Shown: piece after piece, positions 1 to 11,672 of the stretch
Numbering within the stretch: position 1 is the stretch's first letter
Layout: each line of letters opens with the position of its first letter
Assembly: GCF_006345805.1 (NCBI RefSeq)
Contig: NC_043002.1
Location: 33,232,001 to 33,296,000, forward strand
DNA: 64,000 bases
Reading direction: 5' to 3'
Origin: Octopus sinensis
Taxonomy: Eukaryota
Program-made: the position numbers and the translations under genes
Notes under the pieces: model-generated
What the model saw: the letters and a program-made list of their open reading frames with translations, nothing else
The model's database searches: none
Told to the model about the DNA's origin: nothing

Positions 1-108
1 TATCTATCATGGAGAGTTGTGAAAAACCCTCATAAGTTCCATATTTTCTTTTATTTCCTCTCCGCTTTCTTTTCCTTCTTCTTTACATTTACATCTTCAC
101 CCTTTCAG

Positions 109-161
109 GTTTCTTTAACTTCCTTTTAACATGTCTTGTCCCTCCCTATGTGTGCGTTATT
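109..161 (+). CDS. Candidate small internal exon of an unidentified host gene (GFFNFLLTCLVPPYVCVI)
   Basis: Long polypyrimidine tract ending CCCTTTCAG at 108; GTAAGT donor at 162; only one of three frames is open (phase 1 to 0). No homology recognised. Confidence 0.3.
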
Positions 162-759
162 GTAAGTACAGACACACACTCACATATATACATATATGTA
201 TGCATAAATGCATGTGTGTATGTATATATATATATATATAAACCTCTGTGTGTGTATTCGCTTTTCACACGAAAACGGCTGGGGTGCATGAATAATTTGA
301 TCTTGGATACATAATAGGGTTTCATTTCATTTTTTCATTAAAAATAAATAATATTGCTTTATATATATGATTTACTTCTTTCAAGGATTTTCAATGTCAT
401 CTTCCGGTGTTAACGTAGCAACCGTTGCAGGCGAAACTTTTTGTTTTTATTTGCGAAACCTCTCACTCTCTACTTCAATGTTTACATTTCAAGTTTTAAT
501 CCGCTATTTGCAAACAACTACGATAAATTATTGAAAGAAATATTTACTAAGCAAGTGAGATTTTTTATAAATTAAAGTTTTCAAGAAAATTTACTTTCTG
601 AAACTTCCTTCTTTTTATTAAATATTTCGAGTTCACAAATTTAAATATTCAGTACAAGACTGTTTTTAACGAGCTTTTATTTATACGATTTTTTCATTTC
701 ATGTTTATTTCATTCATTGTTTGCCATGTTCCCTTCCTCTCTGTCTGCCTGTCTCTCTC

Positions 760-839
<80 letters not shown>

Positions 840-1734
840 ACACACACACACTGTTTCTGTAATATAAACACATACACACACGCTTCAGGTTTGATTTCGT
901 TATTACACAAATACCACATTAAAATTTTGCAATTCAACATGAGGTATACAAAAAAATATGGTCATTCTTTCGCTTGAACCTACACACTTCGTTAATTTCC
1001 GTAAAATTTTTTTATTCGTTTACTTTTTGCGCGCCGTTTTCAGCTCTATGTATTTGCTGTCAGTTACACACGCACACGTGTGTTTTTGTATGTGCGTTTG
1101 TAAACATTTATGTGTGTGTGTGTGTGGAGGGGTGAGAGAGCGTGAGAGAGAGAGAGAGTCAGAGAGTGAGTGAAGGGGTGTGTTGTCATGAATACATACA
1201 TACATACATAAATACATACATACATACATACATATGCACTCATCTTTTTGTATGTGTACGTATGTGTGTGAGAGACAGAGAGAGAAAGAAAGAGTGATGT
1301 CTAAGTAGTACTCACTCTCTCTCTCCCTCTCTCTCTCTCTCACACACACATGCACACATACATACCAAAAGTTGTATGCATATTTATTTATGTATGTAAG
1401 TATACATGACAATACACCCGTCTCTCTCTCTCTCTCTCTCTCACTCTCTCTCCCTCTCTCACTTACACTCACACACGTCCATTTCAGATACACGTACGTA
1501 CGTACATCCTTCATTTTCTCCTCTCTTTCACTTTAAAACAAAAGTAAATAAATAACAGTTTTTTTACGGAAATTATCAAACAAAACCAGTTGTTCATTTT
1601 GGCATTTCTGCGGATTCAACCAAAAGAATGCCAAAATATGCTACTGTAAAAGGACATTTAGCAGCAAAGGCACGACAGCAGACAATATCACAAAAATTAT
1701 TAGGATTGGGAATCAAATGAGAGAGTATCATATG

Positions 1735-1745
1735 TATATATATAT

Positions 1746-1830
<85 letters not shown>
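1735..1830. repeat. (TA)n microsatellite flanking the retrozyme-like element
   Basis: Direct reading. Confidence 0.95.
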
Positions 1831-1833
<3 letters not shown>

Positions 1834-2046
1834 TATAATGATAAATCTCAGAGCGAGTTATAAACAGTAGCGGCAACACGTCGTGACGTATATTTGCCAT
1901 TTGAATATGGCTAACCCCTAAGGGTGGATGCTACTGTAGTTTGTAGCCCCAGGAAGACACCTCCTCCAGCTGGCTGTAGACACATTTTCTGTGCCCTATC
2001 AGTATTTGTGAAGGGAAGTCATCCTTCCCGTCTTCAACTCATGATA

Positions 2047-2091
2047 CACACGGACTCGAGTTTCAAGGTATTGACCTATCATCGGCGTGTG
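2047..2091 (-). ncRNA. Minimal type I hammerhead ribozyme (U4C core variant)
   Basis: Minus strand reads CACACG-CCGAUGA-UAGGUCAAUACCUU-GAAA-CUCGA-GUC-CGUGUG: 6-bp stem I, stem II AGGU/ACCU, palindromic ACUCGAGU stem III, GUC cleavage triplet. Confidence 0.8.
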
Positions 2092-2498
2092 ACAATCATA
2101 GTTGTCGACGAGAAGTCAGCTCCCTTCACAAATACATATACTTTTTCCAGTATCGATTGACACTGATATTGAAAAAGTGAAATCAAACAATGATAAATCT
2201 CAGAGCGAGTTATAAACAGTAGCGACAACACATCATGACGTATATTTGCCATTTGAATATGGCTAACCCCTATGGAGGTGTCTTCCTGGGGCTACAAACT
2301 ACAGTAGCATCCACCCTTAGGGGTTAGCCATATTCAAATGGCAAATATACGTCACGATGTGTTGTCGCTACTGTTTATAACTCGCTCTGAGATTTATCAT
2401 TGTTTGATTTCACTTTTTCAATATCAGTGTCAATCGATACTGGAAAAAGTATATGTATTTGTGAAGAGAGCTGACTTCTCGTCGACAACTATGATTGT

Positions 2499-2543
2499 CA
2501 CACGCCGATGATAGGTCAATACCTTGAAATTCGAGTCCGTGTG
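2499..2543 (+). ncRNA. Second copy of the same hammerhead, in the inverted arm
   Basis: CACACG CCGATGA TAGGTCAATACCTT GAAA TTCGA GTC CGTGTG; one C>T change turns a stem III pair into U-G. Confidence 0.75.
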
Positions 2544-2625
2544 TATCATGAGTTGAAGACGGGAAGGATGACTTCCCTTCACAAATACTGATAGGGCATA
2601 TATATAGATAGCCACTACACAAATT

Positions 2626-2777
2626 TTTTTCTCTCCTTGTTTTTTTTCTGTGTCCCTTTCTGTAGAAGAGCGTAGGCTCGAAACGTAAAAGACTTTTTCA
2701 ATTCCTGAGCGTTATACTAATACATCTGTTTTCTACACCACCTGTCTTCGTCTTTTGTTTTTTCGGGAACTCTCCCT
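2626..2777 (+). mobile_element. pLTR-like fragment with atypical minimal HHR-like motif at 2656-2691
   Basis: CTTT-CTGTAGA-A-GAGC-GTAG-GCTC-GAAAC-GTA-AAAG; flanks resemble 60716-60920 (minus) and 12630-12780. Confidence 0.55.
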
Positions 2778-2833
2778 TATATATATATATATATATTAAT
2801 ATATTACATACATATGTATATACATATATATAT

Positions 2834-2871
<38 letters not shown>

Positions 2872-2905
2872 TATATATTATATACATATGTATATACATA
2901 TATAT

Positions 2906-2956
<51 letters not shown>

Positions 2957-3038
2957 TATATATATATATTATATGTGTGTGTGTTTATATATATATATGT
3001 TTATATATATATATGCGTTTATATATATATTTATGTAT

Positions 3039-3127
<89 letters not shown>

Positions 3128-3772
3128 CTCGTTAGAATCTTCTTTCTAGCCTACCATTTAAAAGATTAAGGACACTGCGTAATAGTCTTAGATATTTGGG
3201 TCGGAACATTTTTGTCCATAAGTCTTCCAGATCAGTGGTGGTGTACAGCTAAACGCCTACATCACAACAACACTAACAGAAGTAGCAATAACGTTAGCAA
3301 CAACAACAACAACAACTGCAACATTGAAGGTCCTTCAACTTCATAAACACCTGAGCAGATTTACATTTGACAGTTGAAATACAGAAATATTTGCTGCAAA
3401 ACTATACATCTAAAGTCAACGTTTCTCACGTTTATCATCATATACAACAATATCTGAAGAAGTCGTTGTTGATAACATAAAGAAATAAAAATTAATTTCC
3501 ACCTGGATCGGTTTTCAATACCGAGAAAAGTAATTCAAATTTGCCATTTCTGAGAGAAAACCTACAAAGTTTTCTTGTAACAAACAATTACCAACCCCAT
3601 ACCTTCTATATCTGTCCTCCAAATGCAGCCATTCCTGCTTCTTGTTATTGTCTAACGACAGGTTTGACCAATTATATTCATATAATATGGCAAGCGGAAA
3701 TTAGTCTCAGAGAATTTTCATATGATGACAGCAATGAAATGAATCAATGTTGATTTTACTGTCACTTTCTCC

Positions 3773-3853
<81 letters not shown>

Positions 3854-4085
3854 CATGTGTGTGTGTGTATGTGTACGTGAATGTGTGCGTGCCTTTAGGT
3901 ATATGCGTGTTCATGTGAATGCCCGCTTATGCTCGAATTAATGTATTTAATAGTGAATGCGTGTGAATGATCGTGTAGATGTGCGTAATAAGAGTGTATG
4001 TATGTGCACGTCTGTGTGTATGTGTGAGTGCATGTGTGTGGTGTGTGTGTGTGTGTGTATGTTTGTGTGTGTGAGTGTATGATTA

Positions 4086-4385
4086 AAACACAAGTGCTTT
4101 CAATTTCGGGATCTTTTCTTTTTGAAGGCCAGATTTTCCTAGTTAACTAAACAATTTGAAACTTCGTATACTGGTAGAATGTGTCAAAAGAAAACACATT
4201 GTAACCAAAATGAAAACGGAATTGTAATTTCTAAGTTTAACGTTGTTTAAAAATTCGAATTTTAACCATGATATTCTTTCTTTCGGCCTCATATTATTTA
4301 CTGCTTCTCAAAATTTGTTACTGTGACGTAAACAGCTATTTTGTGACGTAGTTAACGTAAACATGTAAATAGCTAACTAAAATGT
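4086..4385 (+). mobile_element. Non-coding interspersed repeat (probable non-autonomous DNA element)
   Basis: Near-identical inverted copy at 8895-9245 and a diverged copy near 58540-58800. Confidence 0.7.
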
Positions 4386-4741
4386 AAACATCTCCGCTTA
4401 TCATAACTTCGTGGAGTATATATAAAATTTGTGTAGATCCTAAATAGCTACACACACATGTATACAAACATATGCATATATATATATTATATATTATATA
4501 TATATATATATATATAATATACACCTATACACACATATTCTAATGCATATGCATATATGTGTATATATTTATAATGTGTGTGTATTATAGATGCATACAT
4601 TATATATATATATATAAAAGATGTTTACATACAATATATATATGTTATATACATCTACATGTATATGTATGTATGAATATATAAGTACCACAGAATTTGG
4701 ATCAAACTGTTTTGATCCATACATACACACACACACACACA

Positions 4742-4935
4742 CACCAACACTACCATCCATGAGACATCCTAACATAATCAATGCTACTACTACTATCATC
4801 ATCATTATCATCATCATCCACTGCCGCCACCACCACCACCACCACCTCTACAAAAACACCAACACTATAATTGCTGCCATCATACACATCCACTGTCACC
4901 ACCACCACCACTGCCATGATAACCACATCTACCAC
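4742..4935 (+). repeat. Low-complexity (CAC/CAT)-rich interspersed repeat, truncated copy
   Basis: Matches the reverse complement of 8095-8310. Confidence 0.75.
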
Positions 4936-5021
4936 AGCTGTTTGCTTACTGCTTACCCACTCACAAAATAGCTATCTACGTCACATTAACACTATGCAGC
5001 TAATAATTTCAAATGAAAACA

Positions 5022-5135
5022 GAAAATATGATTGGTTAAGGATAGAATAAGTACTGGGCTTACAAAAAGAATAAGTCCCGGGGTCGAGTTGCTCGATTAA
5101 AGGTGATGCTCCAGCATGGCCGCGGTCAAGAGTAA
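5022..5135 (+). mobile_element. SINE family A, 3' fragment
   Basis: GATAGAATAAGTACT...GGTGATGCTCCAGCATGGCCGC matches the 3' part of the full copies. Confidence 0.75.
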
Positions 5136-5508
5136 CATTAAAAGTAAAATATGTTTTATATGACACATCAGGGTTAGGGTTAGTGTCCGAAGGTTGAAAG
5201 TGTTTAGTTACAAAAAATATATTTCTCGATCTGCCGTTGAAAGGGTAAAGATCCCTTATATTATTTATTTAAACCCTTTACAAACTAGAAGGGTTATGGG
5301 TCAAGAGGAAAATACATCAATCAAATGTTGGGAAGGCCATCGGTTGAATAAAACAACATTGTTCCTCAACAGAACAATAAGGCTCTAAAGTTAGGGGGAA
5401 ATTTACCCATTCAGTTTCAAAACTCAGGTGGAGCCAAAAGAGGTCTCTACACATACATACGTATACACACACACACATACATATATACATATATCCAGAC
5501 AACTTCAG

Positions 5509-5552
<44 letters not shown>

Positions 5553-6463
5553 GCTTGGATCGCTTTCAATACCACTACGTCCCGTCCGATTCGCTCCAAA
5601 ATTTACAGGGACATGTAGAAATAGGTGACGAAGCTCGTGGGCTACCTTAGAAATCCCTATCTTAAAAGGTGTGGTTGCTAGGGGCCATCTTCCTCACTCA
5701 CGCTATTTCCTCCAGTACCCTCTCACTCCCCTTCATCTATAACTTTGATAATTCCACTACCGTTATTTAAAGTATCTGTCACTCTCGCTATTTCCTCTCT
5801 TTTTCACTCACTCTGTTTTTTACCTTCCCATTACATCGGTGTTCTTTTACGTATCTGTCTGTCACCAACAACACACGAGCATGAGAACAAATATTATGAA
5901 TCAGATATTCTTGCGTTCATTTATATGTATGTGTGTGTGTGTGTGTGTTCTATATATAAATATGTATATATAATGTATGTGTGTGTGTGTGTGTGTGTTC
6001 TATATATAAATATGTATATATAATGTATGTGTGTGTGTGTTCTATATATAAATATGTATATATAATGTATATATACAAAGTGTATATATCTGTATTTATG
6101 TATATTAAACTTTTTCATACTTTTTCATAGTTATATATATTTTTAAACAAATTATAAATATAATTTAATAATTTTTATTTTCAATTTAATTTAAATTTAT
6201 CAATTTTATATTTTCTATATTATATTTTTTTTAATGTTTTTGTTTTTTCACTGTTTGATTTGCCTAAAAATTCCATTTTTCACTTTTATGATTATACCCA
6301 GAGTGCTCTAATCGAATATGAACTGTCTTCCCATTGGCGGACGTTTGTCTTTTTTATTTTTGAAACAAACACACTGCCTCTTTCGTTTTAAAACAATAAA
6401 ACAATACTACCTTAATACATTAGTCCAACAAACAAAACATCACCCACTCTCATTCTTTTATGT

Positions 6464-6570
6464 ATCTGAGAATGTGTGTCTGTCTGTCTGTGTGTTTCCC
6501 TAAAACTTGAGAACTACACAACCAATTTCATTCAAATTTTACACATGACTTACTTAGGGTATAAGGAGTG
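6464..6570 (+). mobile_element. Non-autonomous Helitron 5' fragment
   Basis: GAGAATGTGTGTCTGTC...CCCTAAAACTTGAGAACTACACAACCAATTTC is shared with the 18728 element. Confidence 0.65.
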
Positions 6571-6574
6571 TGTT

Positions 6575-6710
6575 GAGCTGGGCTCTGGGCGCCATTGGGC
6601 TCACTGTCCACGGCTACGAGACCACAGTGAGCGCTATGGCGACCAGAGCTCGCTCTGGGCACCATTGGGCTCACTGTCCACGGCTACGAGACCACAGTGA
6701 GCGCTATGGC
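6575..6710. other. GC-rich long hairpin duplicated in tandem (period 70 bp)
   Basis: GCTCTGG/CCAGAGC, CGCCAT/ATGGCG and GCTCACTGT/ACAGTGAGC pairings; units start at 6582 and 6652. Confidence 0.8.
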
Positions 6711-6735
6711 TTTGGTCTTACCACTATACACAGGT

Positions 6736-6810
6736 GGCTTGGCTTGGCTTGACTTGGCTTGGCTTGGCTTGGCTTGGCTTGGCTTGGCTTGGCTTGGCTT
6801 GGCTTGGCTT
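6736..6810. repeat. (GGCTT)n pentanucleotide repeat
   Basis: About 15 units, direct reading. Confidence 0.95.
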
Positions 6811-7008
6811 CTGAAGGAGAGGAAGAATTTTAATTACATAGAGAACTATTTATACTCTTAGCAATATAGACGTCTCCCACTGCTAAGAACGTAAAAGGCA
6901 CGAAAGCAATGGTGACTCCCTGACAGGCCATACCAGCCACATAGTTTCGGGTTCATTCACACTGCGTGGCACCTTAGAACCTAGGGTTGGATTCAAAATT
7001 CTACCAGG

Positions 7009-7051
7009 ACACCTGATGAAGGCTGGAGAGTAAATCAGCCGAAATTTTGTG
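7009..7051 (+). ncRNA. Decayed minimal HHR in a PLE pLTR fragment (about 6985-7145)
   Basis: ACAC-CTGATGA-A-GGCTG-loop-CAGCC-GAAA-TTTT-GTG; core and stem II intact, but the expected CGT of stem III reads TTT. Confidence 0.55.
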
Positions 7052-7644
7052 GTAGCAATAAACAAGATGAGGACAAATATCCGTCCAATGTAAAAAATGT
7101 AAATATTGTACAGAATTCCTCATCTCTAAAATATAGAACAATTTATGATTGTTTCAAAAATTCCATGTTGACTTAATCTTGCATTGTGTTTTTAAACGAC
7201 TCCACAATTAATGATGTAGTCATATCCGTTGTACAGATACCCCGTTCATAGAAATGATCCCTCGCAACTCTCTACAAAAAATAATATGCTGAAGTGTTTG
7301 TCTACCGCTTAAATATAGGACATTAATCAATGTTTATAGTGGACGGCACAGCGGTCACGTTTATAAACATGATTGAAGATAAGTCAAAATGAATTTGTAG
7401 AAATAATTGTAAACTTTGAAACAAAAATAATAACGCAAACTCCACTTTTCAGTGCTTATTACTTCTGTAACCTCTCAGAGGAAACATGACTCCTCCTTCA
7501 CTCCTCTCCACCCTTCATTTATGGTTTGAGAATAATTCTATAATTGTTGTAAACTGGAATGGAATTTACTCTCTTTCTGCTCACATCCATTCACCATTTA
7601 ATGCTACTTGCTTTGCATCTTTTAGAGAGATAGATTAGATATAA

Positions 7645-8028
7645 CTAGCAGTATCGCCCGGCGTTGCTCGGGTTTGTAAGGGAAATAACTATATAAGCAT
7701 TTTTAGAGAGTTATAGCCAAAAAATGCATTAAAAATGGAAAAAAATGATGGTAAATTTTTTTTAAATCGTTGACTCATCGTAGACATTTTTAGAGAGTTA
7801 CTTCCCTTATATAATAGCAAAAAAAATGCATTAAAATGGAAAAAAATGATGGTAAATGTTTTTTTAAATCGTAGACTCACCGTAGACGCGCTAATACCCA
7901 GAAGGGCTCGATATGAATCACGACTATAAGATACCCGGTTTTGGTTAAACTGCACCGCAAAATGTGGGAGTAGTTAGGAATCTAAATCGTAGGAGACAGA
8001 CACACAACCTCTCTTTTATATATAAAGA
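7645..8028 (-). mobile_element. Non-autonomous Helitron (complete ends)
   Basis: On minus: A|TC start, 3' hairpin CCCG-AGCAACGC-CGGG followed by CTAG|T; no TSD. Confidence 0.8.
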
Positions 8029-8039
8029 TAAACTCAAAG

Positions 8040-8700
8040 AGCAACTAGAAAGTGAAAGTAGTATCTAACTTAGGATGTCTCATAGATAGTGGTGGCAATG
8101 GTGTTGGAGGTGGTAGATGTGGTTATCATGGCAGTGGTGGTGGTGGTGTAGTGGTGACAGTGGATGTGTATGATGGCAGCAATTATAGTGTTGGTGTTTT
8201 TGTAGAGGTGGTGGTGGTGGCGGCGGCAGTGGATGATAATGATAATGATGATGATAGTAGTAGTAGCATTGATTATGTTAGGATATCTCATGGATGGTAG
8301 TGTTGAAGACATTGCAGAGTGTAGTGGTGGTGAAATTGGTGATTTTGAATATGATGCTGGTATTGATCTTGGGGTTGTGGTTGCAGAAGATGGTTGTGGT
8401 GGTGGCATTGGAGGTTGTAGTAATGGTTGTAGTGGTGGTTGTGAAGATGATTCTGATATTGATAGTCTTTGCATTGAGGTGGTGGCAGAGTCAGAGTAAA
8501 TAATAAGAGCCCAGTTAACACAAGATTCTTAAATTTCGGAGATCATAAGATAGAGAGCAAGAAGTTAAAAGTTCCAATACTGGCCCAATACCTACACCCC
8601 AGATTCTTCAACTATTTTATAAGAAAGGGGTTAATGGCAGGATAGGGATTCAGCTTTAAAATAAATTGTATAACAAAAAATACATCAATAAATTACTGCT
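8040..8700 (-). repeat. Low-complexity interspersed repeat (source of the S/P/T/H-rich ORFs)
   Basis: Internal part duplicated at 4742-4935; several frames are open only because of trinucleotide-like composition. Confidence 0.55.
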
Positions 8701-8732
8701 CCAACGATGTAATTTTAGTATGTGTGTATGTA

Positions 8733-8771
<39 letters not shown>

Positions 8772-8894
8772 GCAATGCAAACAATGGAAAATAATTTAAA
8801 CACTCATTTTCTGATGTCTAAGGATGGATATTTAGGCGTATGAATCTTTTTCTTTTTATTTTCTTTCAAATATAATTCTAGGGAACTGAAAAAG

Positions 8895-9245
8895 CTGTGT
8901 ACGATGCCAAGCGAATTTAGCTATTTACGATGAGCGGATGTTTACGTTACAAACGAATCTCTAGGTCTGTTTACATGTTTACGTTAACTACGTCACAAAA
9001 TAGCTGTTTACGTCACAGTAACAATATTTTGAGAGGCATTAAATAATATGAGGTCGAAAGAAAGAATACCATTGGTTAAAATTCGAATTATTAAACAACG
9101 TTAAACTTAGAAATTACAATTCCGTTTTCATTTTGGTTTACAATTATGTTTTCTTTTGACACATTCTACCAGTATACGAAGTTTCAAATTGTTTAGTTAA
9201 CTAGGAAAATCTGGCCTTCAAACTGAAAAGATCCCAATTTCGTTT
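8895..9245 (-). mobile_element. Second copy of the 4086-4385 repeat
   Basis: Reverse-complement match over about 280 bp. Confidence 0.75.
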
Positions 9246-9740
9246 CTTCTTCATCATCATCATCATCATCATCATCAACCTCATCATTATCATCTTACAT
9301 CGTCGTCGTGGTCGTCATTGTTCTGTATTCGATGTGCTTCGCTTCGGCTCGTAAAAAGTTAGTTGTTTTTGTTGGAAATATCTTCTGGTTTTGTTAAAAA
9401 AAGACTTTTGGGCATTTTGTTAAGCAAAGACTCTACTTCACAGCGTAAAGAGGGAGGCAGTAATTGTGAGCCCTAAGGAGCACGTTTCTTATAATAAAAG
9501 CTTCACCATAATCGTAAATTTTAATGTTTAAAATCATGACGGCATCAGCACGCACGCCCACTTCACGGTATGAAGTGATAGGCAGTGAAACGAAACCCCT
9601 GGCTACGATACTAAACAGCGGCGATTCCACGTACCTCAGCTCTAAACTCAGTTGCTTAACTACCACCAGTAGCAATGATGGAGCAAACGAATACGAGAAC
9701 AAGCACAACTATAACAAAAAAGCAGCAACATCAGCGGGGT

Positions 9741-10268
9741 GGAGGCGCAATGGCCCAGTGGTTAGGGCAACGGACTCGCGGTCGTAAGAAAGCGGTTTCG
9801 ATTCCCAGACCGAGCATTATTGAGCAAAAACACCACGTGGCTCCGGCGGGGAGTGCTCCGGCGGGGAGGGCTCCGGCGGGGAGGGCTCCGGCGGCGAGGA
9901 GTGGTGAACCCCGCTGTACTCTTTCACCACGACTTTCTCTCACTCTTTCTTCCTACTTCTGCCACAAAGCAGAGGAACCATGGTGTAACCCACTATGGTG
10001 TGGTAAACTTTCAGACTCTAGTCTAGATTGCGAATCCTCTCTACCCCAGGATGGTTCAGCTCTCCACCTGCTGTTAAAAGCCACCGTTTACGGAATGAGG
10101 ATAACAACGTAGCTTTCGCGCCCGTGCAACCACCAGTCTATCGCGTGTGGTGGGTGGATCTTAGTATGGATTCTTAGTGGGTGGATTCTTAGTAGCTTAG
10201 AGTAGGCTCGAATTAGAGATTATTCTTTGTGGCTAATGGCGTGAGTCCTGATTGGAAGAAGAAGAAGA
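9741..10268 (+). mobile_element. tRNA-derived SINE family C (about 520 bp, (GAA)n tail)
   Basis: A box TGGCCCAGTGG and B box GGTTTCGATTCC; colinear with the minus copy at 16895-17356; internal 15-mer GCTCCGGCGGGGAGG triplicated at about 9840-9895. Confidence 0.85.
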
Positions 10269-11230
10269 TATCAGCGGGGTTCTGATTACGATCAATTGAA
10301 AGCTTTCGGTAAGGTCGACCATCAATACTTGGTATCTGTCCTCAAGGCGGTTGGTTTCCACCCCGTTTTCAGATCGATCGCTGCAACGGAGAGTAACATC
10401 AGTTTGGTGGTCCGCATAATCGAGCACCTGTCATAATTATTCGGTCTGTCAAGGGTGCTCCCTCTCTCGAGAGTCACGACTCCAGAACTACGATGCGAAA
10501 GATTCGTATATGCATATGTAGACGGCGTCACCGTAATGCTGTCAGACATCGAACACATCGAGGTAATCGAAACTGCCTTAAGGGAATACGAGACCGTAAC
10601 AGGAGGAGCAAAAATTAACCAGAAGTCGTCGGGCCTGGAGAGGCAGGCCCGTGCCTTCTAACAGCGTCGTGAGACACTGGATGGATGGACCACCAAAATT
10701 GCTCAAGCTCTAGTTTGTTCCAGATCTCCAGGTGAACAAGAACCGCGAAGAGGTAACGAGCAAAATAGCTAGTCTCACTCAGAAATGGATCGAGTGAAAA
10801 CTATTATTGAACATTAGAGTGAAAGTGGGCAATGCCTACATAACATTCGTCATCTCCTACCGTTCCATTCTCCGCTTCATGGCTATCAAGAATGGAAAAC
10901 TTCCATTTTCCGTGAACGTCTACTGAATGAGGAACTGAGCATGCTATGGCTAATGAAACATACGCATGCACTGAGGTTACGTCATCTTCAGCGTATCCTT
11001 GACAGTGAGCAGGTATGGTTGTCGTTTGCTAGATGCACTTTTCTGCAGCTCGGCTCTCTGAAAGAGTTGCATTTCTGGATCATGCATAAACAGTGGCAGA
11101 GGGCCTGGCATATAGACTGCCATCAAATGGCCAGCAAGTTAAATGTACCCTACCGAATGAAAAATGAAAATGACGGCGGTGTCTTTCCGGTCACATATCT
11201 GAAACGAGTACAGGATTGTTGTTTGTAAGT
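10269..11230 (+). pseudogene. Degenerate Tx1/L1-like LINE reverse transcriptase fragment
   Basis: DQLKAFGKVDHQYLVSVLKAVGF (from 10290), SVCQGCSLS and FVYAYVDGVTV (YADD-like) with GAKIN; frameshifts and stops. Confidence 0.8.
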
Positions 11231-11672
11231 TTGCTTCCCAGTTGCATGGCTTCGAGTTCGAACTTACTCCCTGGTACCACGGGTAAGTATTTTCTACTAT
11301 TGCCTTGGATTCACCAAAACCTTGAGAGTGAAATTTGATGGACGGAAACTATATGAAAACTGGTCGGAGGAATAGTTCTCATTCTTGTGATGTAACAGCA
11401 ACATCTGGAACTTGACTACCTTTGATGTTGTCCACTCTGTTGCATACATTGAACCAGATCTTCGGTCTTAAAATAACTTTTTCTCTTTCCTCTCAGTATC
11501 GCCACTCATTTTATTTTTCTGACAAAGTCGCGTAAAAACAATTTACGTTCTCCTTAATCATTTAAAGAGAAAAAAAAGTCAAATGGCCTCTATTGCGGTG
11601 TTTCTTATAGGGGAAGAGCAGGCCCATTCCTTTGGATGATTGAGATTTGAAAAGAGAGTGAACAAATGACTA

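Larger units (their letters stand above)
1837..2598 (-). mobile_element. Non-coding PLE pLTR-type / retrozyme-like element: 352-bp monomer in partial tandem plus an inverted arm
   Basis: 1837-1920 is repeated at 2189-2272 (period 352). 2274-2598 is the reverse complement of a circularly permuted monomer. It contains HHR motifs and lies beside (TA)n. Confidence 0.8.

Noticed and set aside
1594-1735. Protein-like ORFs on both strands
   Set aside because: No recognisable motif or convincing splice sites.
5171-5184. Telomeric repeat (AGGGTTAGGGTTAG)
   Set aside because: Only about two units, inside an interspersed repeat.
6582-6655. HDV-like ribozyme (starts GCUCUG with a matching CAGAGC)
   Set aside because: The interior is a simple hairpin; no room for P2, P3/L3, P4 or the catalytic C strand.
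9741-9815. tRNA genes (here and at other SINE heads)
   Set aside because: A and B boxes are present, but cloverleaves are incomplete and continue into SINE bodies.
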